Shown piece by piece: positions 36,655 to 49,391 of a DNA stretch of 64,000 nucleotides. The notes beneath the pieces were generated by a model, which worked only from the letters and a program-made list of their open reading frames with translations, did not search any database and was not told where the DNA came from. The position numbers were made by a program, and so were the translations under genes. Position 1 is the first letter of the stretch, and the number at the start of each line of letters is the position of its first letter. Source of the stretch: Octopus sinensis (lineage: Eukaryota); assembly GCF_006345805.1 (NCBI RefSeq), contig NC_043020.1, positions 11,036,001 through 11,100,000 of the forward strand, given 5' to 3'.

Positions 36655-37134
36655 TCATCATCATTGTTCGACCGTGGTCGAGACAATGGAATTTACCATG
36701 CTACGCCAGACTTCACGGTCCATCATGGCATTACGGAGGTCCTGTTGCTGGATGCCTGTATCCCTGGAGATTACATCAGGGTAGGAGAGTGTGCGCCCTC
36801 TGGTATTGCAAGTAGATGGCTTCCAGAGGAGAAGAGTAGAAATTACTTCTTTTTCAGCTCTACAACAATGTCCAGCAAACTGGACTCTCCTACCTTTCAC
36901 AAGAGATGACACAGGTGGTAGTTTCCCATATATTTGCATTTTGGTTGGATGGCGCTTCCACGAGAGATTTTGAGCTCTCATAAGGAGGCGAGTGTAGGTT
37001 CCATCCAACCGCCTCTCAAGCTTCTTTGATAACGTCCAGGTTTCTGAGCCATATAGTAGAATTGGTTCGACTGTGGCTTTGAAGATTTCAAGTTTGAAGT
37101 CTCTACTTAGATTTGATGACCAGATCTTATGCAT
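36655..37134 (-). mobile_element. 5'-truncated RTE-clade non-LTR retrotransposon, C-terminal ORF fragment (KIWSS...IFKATVEPILLYGSETW...RRVQFAGH...DREVWRSMV) with (TGA)n tail
   Basis: 157-aa open frame with the RTE post-RT motifs LLYGSETW, FAGH and DR..W. The stop codon runs straight into TGA repeats. Confidence 0.88.
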
Positions 37135-37779
37135 GTCATTTCAGGCTGACCAGGCCATACCCTTTCTAGTTAGAAAGTCTTTTCTAACTTGGCCACACAC
37201 ATGCTGTAGCCCCTATTACAGGATATAAACTGATCGTCTTGTGTCCTATTCTTTATTCATCACTATGACCAGATGGAAACATGGGTGTTTAAGGCTGGTT
37301 ATTCAGCATCATTAACGGTTATCTTTAATTTCTTCAGATCTTCGTGGATTATTCTTCACTGCTGTTTTTTGTGTCCATTCCATATTTGTAGCCATAATTT
37401 ATTTATCTTAAACAGAAAAAACACCATGCTCACTAATACTGGCATTTATCAAATTGGTGTGTTGTTTTATGGTGCCAAATCATGGTTACCAGGATGTCTT
37501 TGTCAAATTCTCTGAATATTACGGATTTAACTGTCTGGAATAATCCCATTCTTGACAAATTTGTTTTTGCCATCTCACCATTCTGAATTATATCAGAATA
37601 CTAGTTGCACTGGTTAACCTTGGCAATCAAATGAATTATTCAGTGTTACTATATAAACTATAATATATCGTATGTATGTAGTCCAGTGGCTAAAACTTAG
37701 GTTGTTAGCTGTGTGGCTTCCTCATGGTAAGTGGCAGAATGAATTTTGTGTGTGAATAGTTATTTGTGTTTGTACGCTG

Positions 37780-38082
37780 TTAAAGTTTAAGTCTTGCTTT
37801 CTACTTTTGTATGAAAGCTTTTTTTGTTTATCCGTGCTTTGTTTGTGGCATTTGCTGAGCATAGGTAGAGTGGGAAGACCTGGAATTTGGAGGACTTATT
37901 TTTTTGCACATATGTCTATGTGACCACTCAGTGGAATCTGTCTAGTACTGGGGCCTCGTATTTGTTGTCAGTGAATGGTCAGTCTATTTCTTCGAGTAAG
38001 CTTTGTTTGACCTATGTAATCTTCTTTACATCCTTGGCATTTGATAGCATATATTAAATTCCTTGAAGAACATGTAAAATGA
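37780..38082 (-). mobile_element. Degenerate Penelope-like GIY-YIG endonuclease fragment (FTCSSRNLIYAIKCQGCKEDYIGQT...RNRLTIH*QQIR...LSGHIDICAK/KFQVFPLY)
   Basis: C..NLIY.I.C..C...YIGQT motif, with an in-frame stop and a frameshift. Confidence 0.78.
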
Positions 38083-38424
38083 TTTCTGTGGCTGGATACC
38101 CTTCCCAATGCCAACCACTTCATAGTATGTTGTACTGGATGGTTTTTTTTCCCTGCCATCAGCACTAGTGAAGACTACAAACCCCAAATGAGGTGGTAGT
38201 GGGAAACCTTATGCTTAGGAGACTCAAAAGTATGAGAAAAAAGGCCTGAGTCTTTGAGGACTCATATTTCACAAGAGAGGATAGGGGTTGGAGCAGGAAG
38301 TATCTCTTTGGGAATAATAGCCGAATGAGTGATAGTTTATATATCCGTGACCTTAAAGAAACTTAAAACACCTTTAATGTATTTGATTGGTTAACAAACA
38401 TTTTTTCTGATTTACTTTTTGCAG

Positions 38425-38613
38425 GTATGGTGGCGCTAGTGGTTACTTACCCTCTGGATGTGGTACGATCTCGTTTAGCTTTCCAAGTGAAAGGTGAACA
38501 TCTTTATGTCGGCATCGTGGACACGATGAAGTCAATTATCCATCTGGAAGGTGGAACCACTGCACTTTACAAAGGCATGGTGCCCTCAATACTGGGTATT
38601 TCACCATATGCTG
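38425..38613 (+). CDS. SLC25A16: SLC25A16 exon 5 (GMVALVVTYPLDVVRSRLAFQVKGEHLYVGIVDTMKSIIHLEGGTTALYKGMVPSILGISPYA)
   Basis: Second carrier signature plus RLAFQVKGEH, which is typical of GDC. Splice sites tttgcag/gtaatt. Confidence 0.95.
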
Positions 38614-39044
38614 GTAATTATTTACCTCCTTACCTCCCTCACTTCTCTAATCAATGTTGTGTTTCATATTAACCCTTTACTGTTTAAACTGGCTGCATCA
38701 GGCCAAGATATTCTACTTATTTATGGCTCAAGCTGGCCAAATCTGGTCTCTCACACCTGCCCTACAATGTCATACTAAAAGTATACAATCGCCTCATTGA
38801 AATCTGTCCATTCGGATTGAAATCTCAACTCCTTATATATCACAGGCTTCTTTCACATCATTGAAATCTCAAAGCTACAAGATAATGCATGGTAGATTCA
38901 AAACAATGTAAATAAACTAGCATTACATTTGACAGAATAATCTGAACGCTAGCAGGTTGAGCAGAATTTGTCACTACATAGTCACAGTGGAGAGATCTAA
39001 ATTATTGTTAGTGTGTTATGTCCCTGAGAAAGGCAGCTAAATAC

Positions 39045-39887
39045 GGATCTTTTCGGTTTGACCGGCAGTTTTTTAAAATAATTTCCACGTAACTAAACAC
39101 TTTTAAACTTCGTATACTGAAAGAATGTGTTTATTAAACATCTTTTTCTCTTGGCTTTATTGAGAAAATTCTATAGTTTGTAAGATATTTGTTGGTTTTT
39201 TTTTCTTCAATTTCTGCAATTTCAACCAATCAATGACATCTATTGAGGTGAAAACATTCTGTGCCATATGAATATGTCCCTCGCTTAAGAAACAGATTGG
39301 GTTTATTTACATTTCTGAAGAAAAAAAGATACCCTTCCCTACTAACCCTAACCCAGATTGAAATGCAATAGATCGATACTAGGGTCATAATAGTTTGTAA
39401 GATATTTGTTGTTTTTTTTTTCTTCAATTTCTGCAATTTCAACCAATCAATGACATCTATTGAGGTGAAAACATTCTGTGCCGTATGAATATGTCCCTCG
39501 TTTAAGAAACAGATTGGGTTTATTTACATTTGTGAAGAAAAAAAGATACCCTTCCCTACTAACCCTAACCCAGATTGAAATGCAATAGATCGATACTAGG
39601 GTCATAATAGTTTGTAAGATATTTGTTGTTTTTTTTTTCTTCAATTTCTGCAATTTCAACCAATCAATGACATCTATTGAGGTGAAAACATTCTGTGCCG
39701 TATGAATATGTCCCTCGTTTAAGAAACAGATTGGGTTTATTTACATTTCTGAAGGAAAAAAGATACCCTTCCCTACTAACCCTAACCCAGATTGAAATGC
39801 AATAGATCGATACTAGGGTCATAATTATGGGTGACAATTTCATATGACACCACTAGAAAAAACTGCCGTTCAAACCGAAAATATCCC
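39045..39887. mobile_element. Third copy of the GGATC-TIR MITE with an internal 217-bp segment triplicated; 8-bp TSD ctaaatac
   Basis: TSD and TIRs read directly. Confidence 0.88.
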
Positions 39888-40243
39888 TAAATACTAATTG
39901 CCGAATGCATATAAATGTTGCTACTTCACAGTTGCGCAGTTAATTGTAGGAAGTTGTAAACAGAATTACTCATCAGTCTCGTTAGTCAAGCATAAATAAA
40001 TAGGTGTAATACAAGAAATAAAGCTTTTTGTTATATGACCTTGATTCAGTCGTCAGACTGCAGCCATGCTGGAGCACCACCTTAAAAAATTTCCATTGAA
40101 TGAATCATCCACAATCTTTTTTTATAAGCCTGGTGCTTATTCCATCGGTTCCTTTTTGACAGACTGCTAAGTTACAGGGGCATAAACACACCAACAACAA
40201 CAACAACATCATAAAATTGATTACATTTGTTTGTTTATTTTAG

Positions 40244-40406
40244 GTTTATCTTTCACATGTTTCGAGATAATGAAAAACTTGTGTTTAGACTACTTTCCTG
40301 AAAGTCTTGGAAGACCCTGCCAGAAGACAACGGGCGGGATTATTCTTATTCTTCCTGCCAAATTGCTCTGTGGTGCCTGGGCTGGAGTTATCGCCCAAAC
40401 AACAGC
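40244..40406 (+). CDS. SLC25A16: SLC25A16 exon 6 (GLSFTCFEIMKNLCLDYFPESLGRPCQKTTGGIILILPAKLLCGAWAGVIAQTT)
   Basis: 163 nt, splice sites ttttag/gtgagt. LGRP and LLCG..AG.IAQT match GDC. Confidence 0.93.
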
Positions 40407-40431
40407 GTGAGTAATGTATTCTTTCTTTTAA

Positions 40432-41099
40432 TCTCTATATATATAAACGGCAAAATGTCTGCATGTGTGTCCTTTATACAAATCCACAATTTTTCAGTTA
40501 GAGGGCTTGCACTTTCTATGGTCATTCAAAACCGTCCAAGGGTGGTCGTGCACATCTTTACATTTCCCCAGTCACCCCGTAAATCTCTCTATATATAAAT
40601 GGCAAAATGTCTGCATGTGTGTCCTTTATACAAATCCACAATTTTTCAGTTAGAGGGCTTGCACTTTCTATGGTCATTCAAAACCGTCCAAGGGTGGTCG
40701 TGCACATCTTTACATTTCCCCAGTCACCCCGTAAATCTCTCTATATATAAATGGCAAAATGTCTGCATGTGTGTCCTTTATACAAATCCACAATTTTTCA
40801 GTTAGAGGGCTCGCACTTTCTATGGTCATTCAAAACCGTCCAAGGGTGGTCGTGCACATCTTTACATTTCCCCAGTCACCCTGCAAAGCCATTTAAAAAT
40901 CAATAGAAGTGACTTTTTTGTGAATTTTCTATCCAAAACCCAATCAAAATGCCCGAAACTTGATACGCCAATTGAATGCTAGCTATCTGTATGTGACTGG
41001 TCGGAGATTTGGACAGTACTCGCGTGTATGTGTGCACGCACGCAGCTGTATATGCATGCACTAGCACTATGACCCAGCATTGCCGGGTCATAGTGCTAG
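40432..41099 (+). mobile_element. Non-autonomous Helitron (A|TC...hairpin...CTAG|T) with a triplicated 152-bp 5' segment
   Basis: 5' TC and 3' CTAG at an AT target. Perfect 16-bp terminal stem actagcactatgaccc/gggtcatagtgctagt. Confidence 0.85.
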
Positions 41100-42757
41100 T
41101 ACTGTATTAAGGGACAACAACAAGATCATACTCTTTTACTCTCTCTCTCTTTTACTTGTTTCAGTCATTTGACTGCGGCCATGCTGGAGCACCGCCTTTA
41201 ATCGAGCAACTCGACCCCGGGACTTATTCTTTTGTAAGCCCAGTACTTATTCTATCGGTCTCTTTTGCCGAACCGCTAAGTAACAAGGACATAAACACAC
41301 CAGCATCGGTTGTCAAGCAATGCTAGGGGGACAAACACAGACACACAAACATACACACACACATACATATATACAATGGGCTTCTTTCAGTTTCCGTCTA
41401 CCAAATCCACTCACAAGGCTTTTGTCAGCTCGAGGCTATAGTAGAAGACACTTGCCCAAGGTGCCGCGCAGTGGGACTGAACCCGGAACCATGTGGTTGG
41501 TAAACAAGCTACTTACCACACAGCCACTTATTCTATCGGACTCTTTTGCCGAACCGCTAAGTAACAAGGACATAAACACACCAGCATCGGTTGTCAAGCA
41601 ATGCTAGGGGGACAAACACAGACACACAAACATACACACACACACATACATACATATATACGACGGGCTTCTTTCAGTTTCCGTCTACCAAATCCACTCA
41701 CAAGGCTTTTGTCAGCTCGAAGCTATAGTAGAAGACACTTGCCCAAGGTGCCGCGCAGTGGGACTAAACCCGGAACCATGTGGTTGGTAAACAAGCTACT
41801 TACCACACAGCCACTCCCGTGCCTATCATCATCATCTTTATTTATCATCTGTCTTCTGTGCTGGCATGAGTTGGATGGCTCAACAAGATCCAACAGGCCA
41901 GAAGTCTGTGTTGTAATTCAGTGGCTGCATAGGCATGGTTCTACATCTGGATGTTCTTCATAACATCAACCATTTTACAAAGTGTACTGGGTGACTTTTG
42001 CATGGCACCAGCACTGGATAGTTATCTTTTTGTCTTCTACTTGTTTTACTCAATGGTTCGTGACCATGCTCGGACACTGCCTTGTCTTAGTCAAACAAAT
42101 CAGCTCCAATACCAGTACGTTTTTTTTTTAAAGTTTGGTACTTATTCCATCAGTCTTTTTTGTTGAACTACTAAGTTAAAGGGATGTACACAATGGTCCA
42201 GTGGTTAGGGCAGCGGACTCGCGGTCATAGGATCGCGGTTTCGATTCTCAGACCGGGCGTTGTGAGTGTTTATTGAGCAAAAACACCTAAAGCTCCACGA
42301 GGCTCCGGCAGGGGATGGTGGTGATCCCTGCTGTACTCTTTCACCACAACTTTCTCTCACTCTTACTTCCTGTTTCTGTTGTACCTGTATTTCAAAGGGC
42401 CAGCCTTGTCACTCTCTGTGTCACGCTGAATATCCCCAAGAACTACGTTAAGGGTACACGTGTCTGTGGAGTGCTCAGCCACTTACACGTTAATTTCACG
42501 AGCAGGCTGTTCCGTTGATTCGGATCAACCGGAACCCTCGTCGTCGTAACCGACGGAGTGCTTCCATCCACACAAACCAAAACCAGTTGTCAAGTGAGTG
42601 TAGGGGGATAATCACAAACGGACACTTCCAAACAGTTTCCATCAGTTCACTTGCAAGGCACAGGTCAGCCTGGGGATACAGTAAATGATACTTGCTAAAG
42701 GTGCCACACAGTGGGACTGAACCCCAAACCACATGGTTGCAAAAGCAAGTTTCTTAA

Positions 42758-43147
42758 CCCTTTCGTTACCAACCCGGCTGAAACCAGCTCTGGCTCTGTC
42801 GTACAAATGTCTTGTTTTCATAAGTTTTGAATTAAAATCTTCCGCCAAACCTTAGTCACAATTTATGTTCCTAACACTAGCTTAATGATAACTAAGTTAT
42901 TATACTAAATTCTTTGTTATATTTAATCCTTTCGATACCAAACTGACTGAAACTGCCTCTATCTCTGTTGTACAAATGTCTTGTTTTCATAAGTTTTGAA
43001 TTAAAATCTTTCACCAAACCTTAGTCACAATTTATGTTCCTAACACTAACTTAATGATAACTAAATAATTTTACTAAATTCTTTGTTATATTTAAAGTAA
43101 TTGAAAGAAACACAGAGCATCTCAAAATAAATACGGTAATGAAAGGG
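42758..43147. mobile_element. piggyBac-type MITE (TTAA|CCCTTTCGTTACC...GGTAATGAAAGGG|TTAA), internally duplicated
   Basis: TTAA TSDs and CCC/GGG ends. A related copy at 60650-61123 is interrupted by CR1. A second TTAA family has remnants at about 8470-8552, 32232-32436, 38670-38960 and 60160-60300. Confidence 0.8.
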
Positions 43148-43439
43148 TTAAGCACAGTCATGCTGACACATCTACAGCCATGCTTCATATGTTTTCATCA
43201 TTAAGGACTTTGTGTCCTCAGATAATCCCTACTCAATGAGGATATAAACATTTTTGCATTCAGTGCAACATTCTTGCTATTTTTTCCCAATCTCTAAACT
43301 GAAGAACTTCTGGTGCTTGGAGTGCAAATATGTCAAACTTTGAAGCTAATGTGCAGCATGTAATCTTAAATGCAGCTTATGAAGTGCACATTTGTAAATT
43401 AAAGCATCTGCAACATTTTGGTGTGTGTTGCACTAATAC

Positions 43440-44340
43440 AGCAACTGAGCAGCTGTACACATGTACCTTCTATTTTTTTTTTTGTTTCTTTTTATATTAG
43501 TTCTCTTAGAAGAGGTTATTCCTCTTTAGTGAGGGTCTTGGATAGATTTTGAATTCAGAACTCACGAAGCTGGAATAGACACAACAACACATCCCCACAT
43601 ATGCTCTACCAATTCTGCCAATCCACCGCCCTGGGGCTGGTACTTTGTTTATCAACCCCAAAATGATGGCAGGTAAAGTGGTCGTCAGCAGTATTAGAAC
43701 CAGGGACAATACTCACACAGCGTTTAATTTGGTGTGTGTTGCACCAATACAGCAACTGTGCACCTTACACGTGTACCTTCTATTTTTTTTCTATTTATAT
43801 TAGTTCTCTTAAAAGAGGTTATTCCTCTTTAGAGAGGGTCTTGGATGGATTTTGAATTCAGAACTCATGAAGCTGGAATAGACACCACAACACATCCCCA
43901 CATATGCTCTACCAATTCTGCCAATCCACCGCCCTGGGGCTGGTACTTTGTTTATCAACCCCAAAATGATGGCAGGTAAAGTGGTCGTCAGCAGTATTAG
44001 AACCAGGGACAATACTCACACAGCGTTTAATTTGGTGTGTGTTGCACCAATACAGCAACTGTGCACCTTACACGTGTACCTTCTATTTTTTTTTTTCTAT
44101 TTATATTAGTTCTCTTAAAAGAGGTTATTCCTCTTTAGTGAGGGTCTTGGATGGATTTTGAACTCAGAACTCACGAAGCTGGAATAGACACCACAACACA
44201 TCCCCACATATGCTCTACCAATTCTGCCGATCCATCGCCCTGGGGCTGATACTTTATCTATCAACCCCAAAATGATGGAAAGTAAGGTTGTCAGCAACAG
44301 TATTAGAACCAGGGACAATACTCACACAGCATTTAATCTG
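43440..44340. repeat. ~303-bp unit in three tandem copies
   Basis: Repeated identical ORF translations at 43506, 43809 and 44115. Confidence 0.92.
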
Positions 44341-44925
44341 ATGCTTCATTGACTCTGTCAATTCACCACCTAAAATGTGCGATGTATGCACTCTTGTGCA
44401 TGTGTATATACAGCTATATTACACACATAGATGTAAGTACATTTGTATACATGATCATGTACAAACATATGGTTAAAGCACCATCCGTTCGTGGCCGTTG
44501 CCAACCTCGCCTGGCCTCTGTGCCGGTGGCACGTAAAAAGCACCATCTAATCGTGGCTGTTTGCCAGCCTCTTCTGGCACCTGTGCCGGTGGCACGTAAA
44601 AAGCACCATTCCAATCATGACTGTTTGCCAGCCTCATCTGGCACCCGTGCCGGTGGCACGTAAAAAGCACCCACTACACTCATGGAGTGGTTGGTGTTAG
44701 GAAGGGCATCCAGCCGTAGAAACATTGCCAGATCAGACTGGGCCTGGTGCAGCCTTCTGGCTTCCCAGACCCCAGTTGAACCGTCCAACCCATGCCAGCA
44801 TGGAAAGTGGACGCTAAATGATGATGATGATGATGAATTGGGGTTATTTCTCTGTCTTTGTTTTAATTTTTTTTCTTTTTTTGTCTTTTCATAAACTTGT
44901 CTAAAAGTTGCAACTTATCTTACAG

Positions 44926-44997
44926 TTATCCATTGGATGTTGTCAGACGGCGAATGCAACTGTCCCGAATGTTGCCAGAATCCCACAAATATGATCA
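44926..44997 (+). CDS. SLC25A16: SLC25A16 exon 7 (YPLDVVRRRMQLSRMLPESHKYD)
   Basis: Third signature PLDVVRRRMQ. Splice sites cttacag/gtaagt, phase 2-2. Confidence 0.93.
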
Positions 44998-45276
44998 GTA
45001 AGTGACATATATTGTCTGTTCTTAATCTTTGATTGAGCGTGACTAAGCTTTCCACATGACCACATACTGGCCCAGATTTGAGTTCTGTGTGACCTAATGT
45101 TGACCTGTCACACAGTTACTCTTAGACATGGCCCAAAATCAAAATATTAGCTTCTTCCCTCCTCATGGTAAATAAACATATTTTTGTGTGAATCTTCACA
45201 CCAATTCTTGTGGATAACCTCATAAAGAATTACTTGCCTTGGGTCGAAATAACAACTGGATTATCTTTAACAAATA

Positions 45277-45663
45277 CTAGCAGTATCGCCCAGCGTTGCT
45301 CGGGTTTGTAAGGGAAATAACTATATAAGCATTTTTAGAGAGTTATAGCAAAAAAATGCATTAAAAATGGGAAAAAAATGATCGTAATTTTTTTTTTAAA
45401 TCGTTGACTCATCGTAGACATTTTTAGAGAGTTACTTCCCTTATATAATAGCGAAAAAATGCATTAAAATGGAAAAAAATGATGGTAAATTTTTTTTTAA
45501 ATCGTAGACTCATCGTAGACGCGCGCTAATACCCAGAAGGGCTCGATATGAATCACGACTATAAGATACCCGGTTTTGGTTAAACTGCACCGCAAAATGT
45601 GGGAGTAGTTAGGAATCTAAATCGTAGGAGACAGACACACGACTTAACTTTTATATATAAAGA
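45277..45663 (-). mobile_element. Non-autonomous Helitron, family 2, second copy
   Basis: Same termini and internal sequence as 32563-32949. Confidence 0.82.
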
Positions 45664-45752
45664 TTAGTTTAATTTGGCCATCCTCCTGGATGCTTCAGTG
45701 ATTTCATGTGAGATACCATCCATCATGGTATTATGTGCATCTTCGTAATGTA

Positions 45753-46020
45753 TCATTTACCATTCCACAGTCCTGAAACAAGTCGTTTCTTTCTGTTGAT
45801 CTTTCCTTCAGCTGACCGCCACAAAACCAGTTGGCACACAGGTTCTTCTAGGTGCCTGATGCAATGCCCAGCAATTCTCATTCTTCTCTGCTGAATCTTC
45901 TTGGTCACTTTGAGTAGATCTTGATAAAGCTGCTTGATGGTTAAATGAGCTTTCCATGTAACATTCAGAACCATTCTTAACACTCTTGTGTCACAGCTAT
46001 CTATGAAAGTTCTTTGCTTT
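45753..46020 (-). mobile_element. Degenerate RTE-like fragment (TRVLRMVLNVTWKAH...RRMRIAGHCIRHLEEPVCQLVLW)
   Basis: Protein similarity to the RTE fragment at 36.7 kb. Confidence 0.7.
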
Positions 46021-47331
46021 AGTAAGGGTCTTTCAACAAACAACAAATTCCCTGACAATTTTCAACATGAAAATAAGTCCCGTTTTTAGAGTGGCACATG
46101 CTGGACAATTTATCCCACATCCTATTCAACTAACAACAGCAACATATTTTTACATTTATATATTTGTTGTGCAAGATATTTTATGAGAAGTCGTGTTGAA
46201 ACAGACATTGTTGTATTTCGGAATGGTCATTTTGCCAGTTTAGCCAATAACACTGAAGCAAAGTAACACCAAATATATAGTGCGTGTGTTTTTATTGGCC
46301 AAACTGGCAAAATGACCATTCCGAAATACAACAGCAACATATTTTTTACATTTATATATTTGTTGTGCAAGATTTTTTATGAGAAGTCGTGTGTTGAAAC
46401 AGACATTGTTGTATTTCGGAACGGTCATTTTGCCAGTTTAGCCAATAACACTGAAGCAAAGTAACACCAAATATATAGTGCGTGTGTTTTTATTGGCTAA
46501 ACTGGCAAAATGACCATTCCGAAATACAGCAACATAAATATTGATCAATAGTATACTGGTTGAATTATGATCAAATACTGATCCGTCTTTAATAGTACCC
46601 TGGACGTTATATAACCTGAGTCCATATCAGCTTGATTCCTCCATAAATAAACAAAACCATGTCTTTAAATAATGATTTCAAATTTTGGTACAGAACCAGC
46701 AGTTTTTGAGGGGAGAGGAAAGTCAATTACATCAACCCCCAGTGCTTAGCTGGTACTTGTTCTCATCCAAAAGGATGAAACGCAAAGTTGACCTTGACGG
46801 AATTTTAACTCGGAATGTAAAGGGGTACAACGGTGGCATTAGGCAGTGGGTTGTGAAGGCTTGTATCCTAAATTTTTAATTCAAATGTAGAATAACTAAT
46901 TAAATAAATGTTGTTGGTAATGCGTGGCACCTTGGGCAAGTGTCTTCTACTATAGCCTCGGGCCGACCAAAGCCTTGTGAGTGGATTTGGTAGACGGAAA
47001 CTGAAAGAAGCCCGTTGTATATATGTATATATATGTATGTGTTTGTGTGTCTGTGTTTGTCCCCCTAGCATTGCTTGACAACCGATGCTGGTGTGTTTGT
47101 GTCCCCGTCACTTAGCGGTTCGGCAAAAAAGACCGATAGAATAAGTACTGGGCTTACAAAGAATAAGTCCCGGGGTCAAGTTGCTCGATTAAAGGCGGTG
47201 CTCCAGCATGGCCGCAGTCAAATGACTGAAACAAGTAAAAGAGAAGAGAATTATTTTGATAATTAATTAATTAATTAGTAAGCAAACTACATAATTATGT
47301 GTGTGATTTTTGTATTTTTTTCTTTTGCCAG

Positions 47332-47503
47332 AGGTTGGCTGCGAACATTGTTGGTCATATACCGGGAAGATGGAGTCAGCAATGGATTGTTCCGAGGACT
47401 TACTGTCAATTACATTCGAGTCATCCCTACTGTGGCTGTGTCTTTTGCCACTTACGAAACAGCAAAGCAAATGCTTGGCTTGGACACCGGTGTTGATCGT
47501 TAA
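47332..47503 (+). CDS. SLC25A16: SLC25A16 last coding exon (GWLRTLLVIYREDGVSNGLFRGLTVNYIRVIPTVAVSFATYETAKQMLGLDTGVDR*)
   Basis: GLFRG...NYIR.IP..AVSF.TYE motif and acceptor ttttgccag. The eight exons total 975 nt, giving 324 aa. Confidence 0.95.
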
Positions 47504-48214
47504 CACTTTAAACGGCTTTATTTATTTAATTTTAAATATTTTCATTTTAATCTCCTTTTCGATTTTAAGTCCATTGTTTGTTTGTTGTTTTTGTTTTTTT
47601 GGGGTTTTTTTCATTTTATTTAAAATGTATCTATATGTATATAAGTATGTGAGTGTGTATACATATATATGTGTGTGTGTGTGTGACCGTTTAGGGATCT
47701 GTATGAAATTCATGCAAAACGAAAGAAAAAACAGTTTGTCTCAATCACTGCTGCCAGTTCTCTGTTGAAATGATTCTCTCTGAAGTGATTTTCAACTTGT
47801 CTGAGGAACATCGCAAACAAAACAGTGTGACCCTTACTTGTTTGTGACAAAGGGGGAACTGGGTGAAGGTCGCAGCCTATATCTTTTCTCTTACGTAAAA
47901 CAATGTAATATATTTTTTTGCAATTTCTAATTTTATTTCATTTACATATTTATTTATTTATTTGAGGAAGGGTGTTGCGCAACCATGACTCTTTTCAGAC
48001 TCTCTATAACCGAAGAGAGTAAAAGGTCTTCAGACCAGAGGTCTAGTCCCAAATGTTTACATCAGAGAGAGCCCCACCAAAATTACCAAGTTACCCAAGC
48101 CATGGTTTGAATTAGTCATGTGTTTTTACCCCTTTTTCCCTTTCATGCAATATTTGCTCAGATTCCCTCTCTTCCTTGTGCGTCTCACTTTTAGGTGATT
48201 TGTAATATATTTTT

Positions 48215-48448
48215 TAAACTAAATATATATATATATATATATGTGTGTATATGTATATATGTATATGTGTATATGTATATATGTATATGTATATATGTAT
48301 ATATGTATATGTATATATGTATATGTATGTATATGTATATATATATATGTATATATGTATATATGTATATGTATATATATATATATGTATATATGTATAT
48401 GTATATATGTATATATATATATATGTATATTATATATATGTATATATG

Positions 48449-48480
<32 letters not shown>

Positions 48481-48722
48481 TATATTATATGTATATATAT
48501 ATATATGTGTATATGTATATATATATATATGTATATATGTATATATATATGTATGTGTATATGTATGTGTATATGTATATATGTATATGTATATATGTAT
48601 ATATATGTATATATGTATATGTATATATATGTATATATGTATATGTATATATGTATATATATGTATATATGTATATATATGTATATATATATATATATAT
48701 ATCTATATATGTATGTATGTAT
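48215..48722. repeat. Long compound (TA)n/(TATG)n microsatellite; a similar tract lies at 13486-13680
   Basis: Seen directly. Confidence 0.97.
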
Positions 48723-48747
48723 AAGGGTGGGTTTCTTTTTTTTTTTT

Positions 48748-49022
48748 ATTCATTCTTTTAAATGTGTATAAGCATGAAAGATGTGTGTATGTGCATTTGT
48801 GTATATATATCTCTTAAGGATATGTGTTTACACATACATATGCGTGTATTACCTGTCAAAAATGACTGGTTTTATTTCTGTTTCAGTAATTTTTTAAAGG
48901 CTCTGCTTCAGCCCTTTTTCTTGTGTTTCATCCCGTCCCCTTTCAGTGGTTATTTTTTTTAACCTCCATTTACTTTCTCTCTTATTGTACTTACTAATCC
49001 ACGTACTTCAGCGTATTTCCTT

Positions 49023-49080
<58 letters not shown>

Positions 49081-49353
49081 GTATTCATTCTTTTAAATGT
49101 GTATAAGCATGAAAGATGTGTGTATGTGCATTTGTGTATATATATCTCTTAAGGATATGTGTTACACATACATATGCGTGTATTACCTGTCAAAAATGAC
49201 TGGTTTTATTTCTGTTTCAGTAATTTTTTAAAGGCTCTGCTTCAGCCCTTTTTCTTGTGTTTCATCCCGTCCCCTTTCAGTGGTTATTTTTTTTAACCTC
49301 CATTTACTTTCTCTCTTATTGTACTTACTAATCCACGTACTTCAGCGTATTTC

Positions 49354-49390
<37 letters not shown>
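48748..49390. repeat. 335-bp tandem duplication bounded by (TA)n
   Basis: 48763 and 49098 begin identical sequence. Confidence 0.92.

Positions 49391-49391
<1 letters not shown>

Noticed and set aside
48195-48771. Long YI/YM ORFs, also at 13485-13710 and 21546-21777
   Set aside because: Translations of (TA)n/(TATG)n microsatellites.
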